A stretch of DNA of 64,000 nucleotides from a virus (lineage: Duplodnaviria; Caudoviricetes). Positions 33,939-42,992 of the stretch are shown in pieces; the first letter of the stretch is position 1; every line of letters begins with the position of its first letter. The notes under the pieces are model-generated. The model was not told the DNA's origin. It did not search any database and saw nothing but the letters and a program-made list of their open reading frames with translations. The stretch lies in the IMG/VR virus record IMGVR_UViG_3300032007_000058, positions 21,941-85,940 of that record; one strand, given 5' to 3'. The translations under genes and the position numbers were made by a program.

Positions 33939-34120
33939 CGGGCGACGAGAGCGTGGAGCTAGAGGGGCGCTTTGTGGTCTTGACGAAGGCTCTGTGGCGG
34001 GTGCTGGAGGAGACCTCCGAAGCGCAGGTATGTCACCCATCGGCGCTGATGGAGATATTGCTCTGGCGGGGGATAAGAAGGATGCAAAAGGAGGGACACG
34101 ATGGCTCTATCGAGGAATAG
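33935..34120 (+). CDS. small hypothetical protein
   Basis: ATGA overlap with the methyltransferase stop. Confidence 0.5.
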   Translation: MTGDESVELEGRFVVLTKALWRVLEETSEAQVCHPSALMEILLWRGIRRMQKEGHDGSIEE

Positions 34121-34262
34121 GCGGATCCGCGAGTTGATCGTGAAACAGGAGGAGCTTCGCCAGCGCGCCGCGTGGGCGCAGGGCGAGGAGCGGATAAGGC
34201 TCCTAGACGAACTAGAGGAGATCGGTGGGCAGTTGGACGTTATGAAAGGAGGACGCAGATGA
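34101..34262 (+). CDS. small coiled-coil hypothetical protein (53 aa)
   Basis: AAGGAGG RBS; translated by hand. Confidence 0.55.
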   Translation: MALSRNRRIRELIVKQEELRQRAAWAQGEERIRLLDELEEIGGQLDVMKGGRR

Positions 34263-34891
34263 TGCGTAATGAGGACTTGCCGGGCGCGCGAGAGTTCCGC
34301 TGCCCCGTGGACGGACGCACGAAGAAGACGGATATAGAGGTATCCGCGATGGTCTTATTAGGGTGCAAGAGGTGTATGTCGTACCAGAGCAAGACCTGCT
34401 CCGGCCCGGAGGTCGTGGGGGAGGCGAAGGAGACGAAGCCCATGCCGCCCTTGCCTCCCTTCATAGAGAAGCTGGAGGAGATGGCGAGGGAGATGCCTAC
34501 GCCGAAGGGAGAGGATCTCCGGCCTGGTCGCAAGATCAAGGCGAAGCCTGGGTCCAAGCCCCAAGGGCGTAAGCCGGAGGCCGCCCCGGAGCCCCCCGCC
34601 GCCCCCTCGGAGACGACGCCCACGGGGCAGGACGTGCGGGAATGCCGCGCAGCGATCATGGGGCTCATCGAGGAGGCCTTGAGAATGAAGGATATCCGCA
34701 CGGTCCGTATCGACGAGATGGTGAGGACCTTACGCGAGGAGCTGTTCGCCGCGAAGGCCGCCGGGGTAGGTTGGAGGAAGTTAGCCGCCTGTCTGCGCCA
34801 GTACGGCTACGCCATCAGCGAGAACTCGCTGAAGCGTGGGCTGGAGCGAGCCAAAGCGAAGGAGGAGAACGGGGATGGCGGGAAAGCCTAG
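34259..34891 (+). CDS. hypothetical protein: Cys N-terminus, Pro/Lys linker, HTH-like C-terminus
   Basis: AAAGGAGG RBS; GVGWRKLAACLRQYGYAISENSLKR. Confidence 0.65.
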   Translation: MMRNEDLPGAREFRCPVDGRTKKTDIEVSAMVLLGCKRCMSYQSKTCSGPEVVGEAKETKPMPPLPPFIEKLEEMAREMPTPKGEDLRPGRKIKAKPGSKPQGRKPEAAPEPPAAPSETTPTGQDVRECRAAIMGLIEEALRMKDIRTVRIDEMVRTLREELFAAKAAGVGWRKLAACLRQYGYAISENSLKRGLERAKAKEENGDGGKA

Positions 34892-35204
34892 GCCGTCGGT
34901 GTATCCGGAGGTAATAGGGAGTAAGATCCCGCTACAGATGAGGGTGCAGCTATTGCTCCATTTGAAGCGGAAGGGGAGGACGCTCAACGATGTCGCGCGG
35001 GATGCGTTGGATGCGTACCTAAAAAGCGAGATCGAGGAGGCAAAGTGGAGAGACCCAAATACGGAGAATATCAAGGTCAGGATCACGGCGGATATGAGAT
35101 CCGACGTTATACACGCGGCAGCGAAGGCGGCTATCAGCGAGGCAGAGCTGCTCCGTCGTGCGATCGGGGCGTACCTGGAGACGACAGAATGGGTTGCCCG
35201 GTAA
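34875..35204 (+). CDS. tandem double ribbon-helix-helix protein
   Basis: IGSKIPLQMRVQL...GRTLNDVARDALDAYL and IKVRITADMRSDV...ISEAELLRRAIGAYL. Confidence 0.75.
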   Translation: MAGKPRPSVYPEVIGSKIPLQMRVQLLLHLKRKGRTLNDVARDALDAYLKSEIEEAKWRDPNTENIKVRITADMRSDVIHAAAKAAISEAELLRRAIGAYLETTEWVAR

Positions 35205-35282
35205 GGAAAAGGATAATAAAAGTCAAACATTTTAAACACTGATAGGTCTATAGCATTGGGTAGTATGTAGGAGGCGTGAAAG

Positions 35283-36413
35283 ATGGCATGGATCGAAGCC
35301 CATCAGGGGCTTGCGCAACACCCAAAGACGAAACGCATGGCCCGGATGCTGGGCATCTCGACAGCCGAGGCTATCGGGCATCTGTTCATGCTCTGGTGGT
35401 GGGGCATGGACTACGCTCAGGATGGGGATCTGTCGAAGTACGATGAACTTGACATCGCTGACGCCGCGCAATGGACCGGTGACGCAAAGGCATTTATCGA
35501 CGCCTTGAAAAATTGCGGACCTGGGGATTCTTCGGGCTTCATCGACGAGCACGACGGGAGGGTATCCCTTCACGATTGGGACGCATACGCGGGACGCCTC
35601 TTTAACATCCGCGAGCAGAATCGGGAGAGGCAGGCGAGGCATAAAGAGCAAAAAAAGATCGAGGCCGCGCGTGAGCAACGGGATAGTGACGCGGATATAA
35701 CAGACGGGTCACGCGTTAGTAACGCGTCGGTAACGCGTGAGCAACGGGACGATAACGCACAGGTAACGCGTTATAAAAGCGTTAGTAACGCGCCGGTAAC
35801 GCGTATACATAACATAACCAACATAACAGAACAGAACAAGACAGAACAAGACCTACAAGACCTACCCCCCCCTACCCCCCCCGCCGGGGGGAGCCCCCCC
35901 GAGGGGGACTCGCAGGCGTCATCGGGAGGCCCCGAAAGCCCCCCTAGCTCCGTAGGGGGCGAGGCAGGGAACGGGCAGGGCTGCACGCTCTCGCAGGTGA
36001 TCCGGCTCTGGAACGAGGAGCTAGGGCCTCTCGGGTTCCCGAAGGTCGCGAAGGGGACGCCCGCGCGGGACAGGTGCTTCAGCGCGCGCGTCGGGGAACA
36101 GGCAGAGCGGAGAGACCTGGAGTGGTGGCGGGAGCGTATCGCCCAGCTCGCCGCGTCGGACTTCATGCGCTCATCGGCCAGAGATAAGGCCAACTGGCTC
36201 AACTTCGACTGGCTGCTGAACGAGAGCAACCTCGTGAAGGTCGTCGAAGGGCGCTACGCGAACGGTAAGAGCCTGCCCGCTAGGAGCGGGGGGGCAAGGT
36301 CTTCGCCGCCAAGCGCCCGGGATGCCCCGATGACCTACGAGGAGGCCGTCGCAAAGTTCCGAGGTAGCAGTACCGCTGTGGACGTGGAATATATCGACGT
36401 CGAGGAGGGATGA
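35283..36413 (+). CDS. phage replication initiator (replisome organiser)
   Basis: MAWIEAH...HPKT...GHLFMLWWW N-domain; internal iteron repeats; C-terminal NFDWLL..SNLVKVVEGRY. Confidence 0.85.
   Translation: MAWIEAHQGLAQHPKTKRMARMLGISTAEAIGHLFMLWWWGMDYAQDGDLSKYDELDIADAAQWTGDAKAFIDALKNCGPGDSSGFIDEHDGRVSLHDWDAYAGRLFNIREQNRERQARHKEQKKIEAAREQRDSDADITDGSRVSNASVTREQRDDNAQVTRYKSVSNAPVTRIHNITNITEQNKTEQDLQDLPPPTPPAGGSPPEGDSQASSGGPESPPSSVGGEAGNGQGCTLSQVIRLWNEELGPLGFPKVAKGTPARDRCFSARVGEQAERRDLEWWRERIAQLAASDFMRSSARDKANWLNFDWLLNESNLVKVVEGRYANGKSLPARSGGARSSPPSARDAPMTYEEAVAKFRGSSTAVDVEYIDVEEG
35713..35860. other. probable replication origin (iterons inside the initiator gene)
   Basis: GTAACGCG at 35719, 35730, 35763, 35785 and 35796, followed by an A/C-rich low-complexity tract. 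Confidence 0.7.
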
Positions 36414-37066
36414 CCATGCGGAAGGACGAATTCAACGCATTTCGAGAGCTCATGTCCCGAGCGGCGGATATCACCGTCATGCCCAACGGGAAGGACCTGG
36501 AGCGCGTCACGCTGGCGCTGTTCGAGGGGCTGGAATCGTATCCGTTCGTGGACGTGGCCGAGGCCGTGGCGGCCTATTGCCGGTCTGAGCGATTCTTCCC
36601 GATGCTGGCGGATATCGTGGAGCGCATCGAGGGCAAGGGCAGTGACAAGGGGCTCCTAGCTTGGAGCATGGTCCTGAAGGCCGTGGCCCGCTATGGGCAC
36701 TGGGAGTCCGTGCGCTTCCCGGACCCGACGATCCACTGGGCCGTGGCGCACATGGGGGGATGGCGGCACTTATCGCCCCGCATCACGGACGATAACGAGC
36801 GTTTCCTGGCGCAGGACTTCGCTCGCTGGTACGCCATAGGCGAGCGGGCGATATCGGCGGGCGAGGAGCCCCCAGCCTACCTCGTGGGCGAACACGAGGC
36901 GGACAACAGGGCACGGGGCTACGCCATGCGTGGGATCCGTGACGTGGAGACAGGGCGTATCCTGCCAAGCGGGGAGGCTCCAGCTCTGGGGGCGTCCACG
37001 GCGCAAGCCAAGCCATTGATCCAGCTCGTAGCTGGCGGGATGGACGCCCGAGAGGCCGTGCGATGA
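36410..37066 (+). CDS. helicase loader-like protein resembling DUF6475
   Basis: FFPMLADI, AW..VLKAV..YG...SV.F.DP.IH..V..MGGW; directly after the initiator. Confidence 0.75.
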   Translation: MTMRKDEFNAFRELMSRAADITVMPNGKDLERVTLALFEGLESYPFVDVAEAVAAYCRSERFFPMLADIVERIEGKGSDKGLLAWSMVLKAVARYGHWESVRFPDPTIHWAVAHMGGWRHLSPRITDDNERFLAQDFARWYAIGERAISAGEEPPAYLVGEHEADNRARGYAMRGIRDVETGRILPSGEAPALGASTAQAKPLIQLVAGGMDAREAVR

Positions 37067-37440
37067 AGACGCTATTGAGCGTCACTCTGGCCGGGCTGCC
37101 CCCGACGGTCAATCACCTGTACCGGACATCGCCTCGGGGCTTCCGGTACAAGACCAAGGCTGGGAAGGTCTGGCAGGAGGACACGGCCCTGATACTCCGG
37201 ACGGCGTGGGGGGGCAAGCCGCCGCTGGGCAAGGAGGACGGCATCTTCGTGCAGGTCTTGTTCATGATGGGCAACGAGCGGGCCTGGGATATGGACAACC
37301 GGATCAAGGCCCTACAGGACTGCCTCCAGATGGCGGGCATCGTCCGTGACGACCGGGAGATAGACCACCTCTGGGTCGACCGGGAGAGGGGACTGGCGAC
37401 CGACGCCACCAAGGTCTCTGTGGGGACGGTGGCTGGCTGA
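37063..37440 (+). CDS. rusA: RusA-family Holliday junction resolvase
   Basis: PPTVNHLY, DMDNRIKALQDCL, GIVRDDREI. Confidence 0.9.
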   Translation: MKTLLSVTLAGLPPTVNHLYRTSPRGFRYKTKAGKVWQEDTALILRTAWGGKPPLGKEDGIFVQVLFMMGNERAWDMDNRIKALQDCLQMAGIVRDDREIDHLWVDRERGLATDATKVSVGTVAG

Positions 37441-37454
37441 TGGGGGGCGAAGGT

Positions 37455-37964
37455 ATGTCCGAGCATGACCTGGTTCTGGCCGAAGATACGCGGGCGTCCT
37501 CTACGCCCATCAAGGACCGTCCCTACTGGCCCTTCCGCTTCGCGGAGCGGTGTCTGTACGAGTTCCACGAGAATGCCGCCAGGCTGGATATCCTGCGTGA
37601 GGACCTAAAGGTCCTGGATTCGACGACCTCCGCAGCGGTCCCGAAATATGACCCGCTCTCGATACACGGCGGGGGACCGTCGGATAACGTCTCGGCCCGG
37701 CTGGAGCGCATCGAGAAGCTGGAGGAGGATATCAAGCGGCTGGATCGGCGCGTCAGCCCCATCCAGAGGCTCATCGATGACCTGGGGGCTCCCTACGTCC
37801 TGGACGATTCCCCGAAGGCCGAGATGTTCAAGATCTTGGAGCTATATTACTTCGGCAATAACGTCTGGACCACCGTAGCCAGGGAGCTCCACATGGCGAA
37901 GCGCACGTTCTTCCGGAAGCGCGAGGATCTGGTCCGGTTAGCCATCCGCTACATGGGGCTCTGA
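37455..37964 (+). CDS. ArpU/RinA-like late transcriptional activator
   Basis: Coiled N-terminus and C-terminal LELYYF..NVWTTVARELHMAKRTFFRKR HTH; last gene before the late operon. Confidence 0.75.
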   Translation: MSEHDLVLAEDTRASSTPIKDRPYWPFRFAERCLYEFHENAARLDILREDLKVLDSTTSAAVPKYDPLSIHGGGPSDNVSARLERIEKLEEDIKRLDRRVSPIQRLIDDLGAPYVLDDSPKAEMFKILELYYFGNNVWTTVARELHMAKRTFFRKREDLVRLAIRYMGL

Positions 37965-37970
37965 TCCATG

Positions 37971-38035
37971 TGGCACTAATTTGGCACTGGCGTGGCACTG
38001 GCGTGGCACTGATATCCGTTTTCCTGTGGTATCAT
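37971..38035 (+). promoter_or_regulatory. late promoter: four phased TGGCACT repeats plus an extended -10
   Basis: TGGCACT at 37971, 37982, 37993 and 38004 (exact 11-bp period); TG-G-TATCAT 38027-38035; no consensus -35. Confidence 0.75.
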
Positions 38036-38140
38036 CATAGCGTCGAATAGCGCGAGAAAGACATCTCTCATGATCTCCTCGATGGGGGCGTCCTGTATAC
38101 GGACGCCCTTTATCTTTATGCGCGGAAAGGGAAAGACATC

Positions 38141-38758
38141 ATGCCGAACGACAATATCAGCATCGCAGGGACGGTCAAGGTCCTGCCCGTAAAGGACCTG
38201 AAGGGGTACGAGAAGAATCCCCGCAAGAACGATAACGCGGTGGAGGCCGTAGCGAACAGCATCAGGGAGTTCGGTTTCAAGGTCCCTGTCATCGTCGACA
38301 AGGACAACGTGATCGTCGCCGGACATACGCGCATAAAGGCCGCCAAGCAGCTTGGCCTGACGGAGGTCCCCGTCATCGTCGCCGATGACCTGACGCCGGA
38401 ACAAGTCAAGGCCTTCCGCCTAGCCGATAACAAGGTCGCCGGGCTCGCGGGCTGGGATTGGGACATGCTCGCAGCCGAGATGGACGCTATCACCGATATC
38501 GACATGGGGCTCTTCTCGTTCGACGCCATCCCCACGAGCGAGGAGATCGAGTCCTTCTTCGAGCCTATCCCCTCCTCGCAGGACGGGGAAGGGACGCCTG
38601 CCCCCAACACAGCGCCAGGGGAGCCGGACGCTCCAAGGGGAGAGGCCCCGGCGCGTCAGGTCGAACGGGTCTCGTCCGTGGATAGCGGGGAAGCGTCGTA
38701 TCTCAGGATCACTTGCCCGCACTGCGGGGAGACGATCGTGCTGAACGACGGCGCATGA
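38141..38758 (+). CDS. ParB/Srx-like N-terminal domain protein with a C-terminal CPHCG zinc knuckle
   Basis: YEKNPRKND, SIREFGF..PVIVD, IVAGHTR..AA..LG..EVPV, RLADNK. Confidence 0.9.
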   Translation: MPNDNISIAGTVKVLPVKDLKGYEKNPRKNDNAVEAVANSIREFGFKVPVIVDKDNVIVAGHTRIKAAKQLGLTEVPVIVADDLTPEQVKAFRLADNKVAGLAGWDWDMLAAEMDAITDIDMGLFSFDAIPTSEEIESFFEPIPSSQDGEGTPAPNTAPGEPDAPRGEAPARQVERVSSVDSGEASYLRITCPHCGETIVLNDGA

Positions 38759-39606
38759 AGATCTATCTCGTTGGCGGGCATGGCAACATCGAGCGTATCG
38801 AGCCCCCGGTCTCGCCACAGGACCTAAAACGCCTCAACTGCCTTGTGAGCATGATCGCCTTCAGGCGCTTCAGGTACGCCCCGCATGAGTTCAAGAGCTT
38901 CATGCTCGATAGCGGGGCTTTCTCGTTCCTGCGTGGCGCCTCGGATGCGCCGGACTGGGACAAGTACCTCGACCGATACATCGCCTGCATCAACGAGAAC
39001 GCTATCGACCTGTTCTTCGAGCTGGATATCGACCCCCTCGTCGGGTACGAGAAAGTCAAGGAGTTTAGGGCACGCCTGGTGCGAGAGACGGGTAAATTTC
39101 CCATCCCCGTATGGCATAAGTCCAGGGGGAGGGACGAATGGCTCCGCATGTGCAGCGAGTATCCCTACGTCGCCATCGGGGGCTTCGCCATAAAGGTCTT
39201 CAAGCCGTCGGAATTCCGCTTCATCCCCTACCTCCTCGACGAGGCGCATAAGCGCGGGGCGAAGGTCCATGGGCTCGGGTTCACTTGGCTGCGGCTGCTC
39301 GACAAGTACCCCTTCGATAGCGTCGACTCCAACAGTTGGACGGCTGGGAGCATGTACGGGAATATCTACAAGTTCCACAACGGGCAGATGAAGCTCTTGG
39401 GGCGCTCTAATCGGGACGGCAGGGGCAGAGGTAAGGGGCACGAGCTGCACCGCAATAATTTCTACGAGTGGCTGAGATACGCCGAGTACATGGAGGCAAA
39501 ATACAGCGATGAGAAAGATCGTCCACAGGGTCGAGGACGGTATGGACAGGCAGGATATCCTCTGCACGACGTACCAGATGCGCAATTTCTACACGCAGTT
39601 CCATGA
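38755..39606 (+). CDS. TGT-fold DpdA-like 7-deazaguanine transglycosylase (putative DNA-acting)
   Basis: FMLDSGAFSF, FELDID, IPVWH, YVAIGG, VHGLG, FDSVDSNSW: TGT/DpdA-type motif order; no CxCxxC zinc site of the tRNA-acting TGT; next to a YhhQ gene. Confidence 0.75.
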   Translation: MKIYLVGGHGNIERIEPPVSPQDLKRLNCLVSMIAFRRFRYAPHEFKSFMLDSGAFSFLRGASDAPDWDKYLDRYIACINENAIDLFFELDIDPLVGYEKVKEFRARLVRETGKFPIPVWHKSRGRDEWLRMCSEYPYVAIGGFAIKVFKPSEFRFIPYLLDEAHKRGAKVHGLGFTWLRLLDKYPFDSVDSNSWTAGSMYGNIYKFHNGQMKLLGRSNRDGRGRGKGHELHRNNFYEWLRYAEYMEAKYSDEKDRPQGRGRYGQAGYPLHDVPDAQFLHAVP

Positions 39607-40327
39607 CGGCTTCTTCAGCAACCTCGACGTCATGAACTACATCCAGCACTACCGGGCGGCGCAGATGGCGAAGAAGGGCGATAACGTCGTGGACGTCTGC
39701 TGTGGGCGCTCGCTGATGCTCCCGCTCCTCCGCTACCACGCGAAGGACATCGCCAGCTATACGGGCGTCGATATCTCGAAGGCGAATATCGGCGAGGCGA
39801 TGCGGGGCTGTGTCAAGAAGGACCTGAAGCCCCAGGACCTCGCATCCTACTACCCCTTCAAGGTCGCCTGGAAGCTAGGGAACGTTGCGGAGATGAGCAA
39901 GGTCATCCCTGAAGGGTCCGCCGACCTCGTGATCTATACATCGGCGATCGAGCATATGCACCCGGATGACGGGCGCAAGAGCCTGGAGGAATGCGCGAAG
40001 ATCATGAAGCCTGGGGCGACGATGATCCTGTCCTGTCCCAATACCCCTGGCAATGGCTACGACGCGCAATATCGAGCCCACGTCTACGAGTGGGGATACG
40101 ACGAGCTCAAGGTGGCGCTTGAGGAGATCGGGCTCAGGGTAGAGCAGGAGGTCGGCCTCGTGCTTGGAGCTAAGGAGATGGACGAGCTCTATGCCGCCCA
40201 GCCCGAGGACGTGAGGCAGTTCTACGCGAGGATGAAGGGATACCTGCCCATGCCCTGGCTGTCGGTAGTGATGGCGGTCCCATTCCCCAAAGCGTCCAAG
40301 GAGCTCTTATTCATCGTGAGGAGGTAA
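39509..40327 (+). CDS. class I SAM-dependent methyltransferase (small-molecule type)
   Basis: VVDVCCG motif I, YTGVDIS, ADLVIYTSAIEH, MKPGATMILSCPN; no DPPY/NPPF or PC motif. Confidence 0.85.
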   Translation: MRKIVHRVEDGMDRQDILCTTYQMRNFYTQFHDGFFSNLDVMNYIQHYRAAQMAKKGDNVVDVCCGRSLMLPLLRYHAKDIASYTGVDISKANIGEAMRGCVKKDLKPQDLASYYPFKVAWKLGNVAEMSKVIPEGSADLVIYTSAIEHMHPDDGRKSLEECAKIMKPGATMILSCPNTPGNGYDAQYRAHVYEWGYDELKVALEEIGLRVEQEVGLVLGAKEMDELYAAQPEDVRQFYARMKGYLPMPWLSVVMAVPFPKASKELLFIVRR

Positions 40328-40337
40328 CGCGCCCCTG

Positions 40338-41024
40338 GTGGGCAAAGGAAACATGAGCAAGACAGATAACAACTTAGCGATATTGACGGTCCTGTTCGTC
40401 GTGAGCCTCGTCATCTCGAACGTGGTCACGGCGAAGCTGTTTTATACCGGTGTCCCCCTGTGGGGGGAGGTGGTGGTCCTGCCAGGGGCCGTCGTCTGCT
40501 ACGCGCTGACGTTCCTGTGCACTGATATCATTGGCGAGATCTGGGGCAAGGCAGCGGCGAGCCGTGCGGTAGTCTACGGCTTCATCGGCCAGGTAGCGGC
40601 GTCCCTGATGATCCTGTTCACCCAGATGCTCCCCACCGTCAGCCCAGAGCTCCAGGCGGCCTATGACACCCTCCTGGGGCAGAACCACATCTTCGTCTTC
40701 GGCTCGCTGGTCGCCTACTTCGCGTCGCAGCTCTGGGACGTGTATATCTTCCACGCCATACGCGAACGGTGGCTGTCGAGGCGTGGGACCACATCGGCGC
40801 GGTGGATCTGGAACAACGTAAGCACGATGACCAGCCAGCTCATCGACACGGTCCTCTTCGCGGGCATCTCGTTCGGCATCGGCTTCGGCTGGCTGTTCGA
40901 TCCGCATATGCGAGGGGCGCTCCTCTCGATGATGGCCGGGCAGTACGTCTTTAAATTCCTGCTGGCGGCGCTGGATACGCCGTTCTTCATGTTCTTCACC
41001 AGGGGCACAGAGGCGCTATCGTAG
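40338..41024 (+). CDS. yhhQ: YhhQ/VUT-family queuosine-precursor (preQ0/preQ1) transporter
   Basis: SNVVTAK, YALTFLCTDIIGEIWG, GSLVAYFASQLWDV, NNVST..SQLIDT, KFLLAALDTPF; multi-TM. Confidence 0.92.
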   Translation: MGKGNMSKTDNNLAILTVLFVVSLVISNVVTAKLFYTGVPLWGEVVVLPGAVVCYALTFLCTDIIGEIWGKAAASRAVVYGFIGQVAASLMILFTQMLPTVSPELQAAYDTLLGQNHIFVFGSLVAYFASQLWDVYIFHAIRERWLSRRGTTSARWIWNNVSTMTSQLIDTVLFAGISFGIGFGWLFDPHMRGALLSMMAGQYVFKFLLAALDTPFFMFFTRGTEALS

Positions 41025-41089
41025 CGTGCCCAGGGCAGTACTAGGGGGGCCGGTAGGTAGAGCTTGAGTGGGGAGCGAGGTGAGAGGAT

Positions 41090-41542
41090 ATGGCGAAGAG
41101 GGGACGGCCTAGGAAAGAGTTCGATCGAAAGCTATTCGAGTCGCTCTGTGGGCTCCAGTGTACGCTCGATGAAATAGCCTCGGTATTCAGTTGCGATAAC
41201 AAGACTGTGGAACAATGGTGTAAACGTGAGTACGGCAAGAATTTCTCCGAGATTTTTAGGGAAAAGAGGAATATCGGCAAAATATCGCTCAGGCGGGCAC
41301 AATGGAGATTGGCGGAGAAGTCCCCTGCTATGGCTATCTTCCTCGGCAAGAACTTCCTGGGGCAGACCGATAAGCAGGACGTAGAGGTCTCTGGCCCTAA
41401 TAACGCCCCAGTCGTCATGAAGCACCAATACGACCTGAGCGGGCTCTCCATGGGCGAGATAATGACTCTGGAGGCGATCCTGTCTAAAGTAGAGAGCAAT
41501 AAGGCGGGGGGCGTCAAGGATGGACCTACCCAGCCTGAGTGA
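41090..41542 (+). CDS. terS: terminase small subunit
   Basis: GRPRK, HTH, GKISLRRAQW, AIFLGKNFLGQ; precedes terL. Confidence 0.85.
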   Translation: MAKRGRPRKEFDRKLFESLCGLQCTLDEIASVFSCDNKTVEQWCKREYGKNFSEIFREKRNIGKISLRRAQWRLAEKSPAMAIFLGKNFLGQTDKQDVEVSGPNNAPVVMKHQYDLSGLSMGEIMTLEAILSKVESNKAGGVKDGPTQPE

Positions 41543-42971
41543 GGTACGAGCCTGGAAGCGGGAGCTGGCCTGCAAAGATTATGGAGCTTACGTCGAGCTG
41601 GTCCATCGCGGGCGCTGGAGACGGGCAAGACATCTCGACCTGTTATGCAGCCTCCTTAGATCCGTCGAGGATGGGACAATTCCGCGACTTATGGTCTCGA
41701 TGCCTCCGCGCCATGGCAAGTCTATGGCGGTGACAGAGACCTTCCCGAGCTGGTTCTTGGGGAAGCAGCCGGACCGTCGCGTCATCGAAGTTAGCTATGG
41801 CGATAAATTCGCTCAGAAATTCGGGCGCGCCAATCGCCGTAAGATCGACGAATTTGGGATGGAGCTCTTTGGCGTTTCCATATCCAGCGATAACGCCTCA
41901 GTGACGAACTGGGGGATCAAGGGGCGTGCTGGGGGTATGATATCAGCCGGGGTCGGTGGGGGCATCACCGGGGAGGGGGCGGACCTGCTTATCATCGACG
42001 ACCCCATCAAGAACCGCAAGGAGGCGGAGTCCCTGACCTACCGCGAGACCTTATGGGCGGAATGGCAAGACACTTTGATGTCGCGCCTCCACCCAGGTGG
42101 GCGGGTCGTGATCATCATGACCCGTTGGCACGAGGACGACCTCGTGGGACGGCTCTTGGCACAGAACGCGACGCATGGGTGGCGAGTGGTCAACCTCCCC
42201 GCCCTGGCGGACGAGAGGGAGCCAGATATCCTGGGACGGAGGCCTGGCGAAGCGCTCTGGCCGGAGCATGGGTTCGATGAGACATGGGCCGAGGAGATGA
42301 AGGGAAGGGTCGGGACCCGTACTTGGGAGAGCCTTTACCAAGGCCATCCTACGCCACAGGATGGCGGGCTCTTCCGCACATCCACGTTCCGGCGCTTCCG
42401 TGCGGCGGGGACGTGCTACCGGCTTCTCACGCCCGAGGGCGAGAGGATCTACGACCATTCCCAGTGCCGCGTGTTCCAGACCTGCGATGTGGCGGGGAGC
42501 AGGAAGAGTAGTGCGGACTATTTCGTCCTTGGGACCTTTGCCCTGACGCCAGGCGGCGATATCCTCGTGCTAGAGATACTGCGGGAGCGGCTGGAGGGGC
42601 CGGACCAGCCCATCCTGATACGCCGCAAGTTCCAGGAGTGGAAGCCAGCCATGATCGGGATCGAATCGGCGAATATGGGACTGACGCTCTATCAGCAGGT
42701 CGTCCGCGATGGCCTGCCGGTGATCGGATTACGCCCAGATACGGACAAGTACACACGGGCTATCCCTGCTGCGGCGCGGTACGAGGCTGGGGCGATCTAT
42801 CACAGGGAGAATGCCCCGTGGGCGAACGACCTGGAGGCGGAGCTCATCGCCTTCCCCAACGGGGCTCATGACGACCAGGTGGATGTCATCGCCTATGCCG
42901 CGTTCATCCAGGCCTGGGGATATCTCGACGCGATGGAGAAAAAGAGCGACCGCGCTTTTGTCTTAGGATAG
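41520..42971 (+). CDS. terL: terminase large subunit
   Basis: MPPRHGKS Walker A, LIIDDPIK Walker B, CDVA, HDDQVD nuclease motifs. Confidence 0.95.
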   Translation: MDLPSLSEVRAWKRELACKDYGAYVELVHRGRWRRARHLDLLCSLLRSVEDGTIPRLMVSMPPRHGKSMAVTETFPSWFLGKQPDRRVIEVSYGDKFAQKFGRANRRKIDEFGMELFGVSISSDNASVTNWGIKGRAGGMISAGVGGGITGEGADLLIIDDPIKNRKEAESLTYRETLWAEWQDTLMSRLHPGGRVVIIMTRWHEDDLVGRLLAQNATHGWRVVNLPALADEREPDILGRRPGEALWPEHGFDETWAEEMKGRVGTRTWESLYQGHPTPQDGGLFRTSTFRRFRAAGTCYRLLTPEGERIYDHSQCRVFQTCDVAGSRKSSADYFVLGTFALTPGGDILVLEILRERLEGPDQPILIRRKFQEWKPAMIGIESANMGLTLYQQVVRDGLPVIGLRPDTDKYTRAIPAAARYEAGAIYHRENAPWANDLEAELIAFPNGAHDDQVDVIAYAAFIQAWGYLDAMEKKSDRAFVLG

Positions 42972-42992
42972 GTCTGGATAGGAGAGATAAAG

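Noticed and set aside
37971-38010. CRISPR or mini-CRISPR array (also considered for 35713-35804 and 16651-16835)
   Set aside because: Repeats are 7-8 bp or degenerate, there are no unique 30-40 bp spacers, and no cas genes; better explained as activator sites, iterons and terminators
38755-39606. Canonical tRNA-guanine transglycosylase or a full queuosine pathway
   Set aside because: Too short, lacks the CxCxxC zinc site, and no folE/queC/queD/queE/queF/queA is in the window; the context is DNA packaging
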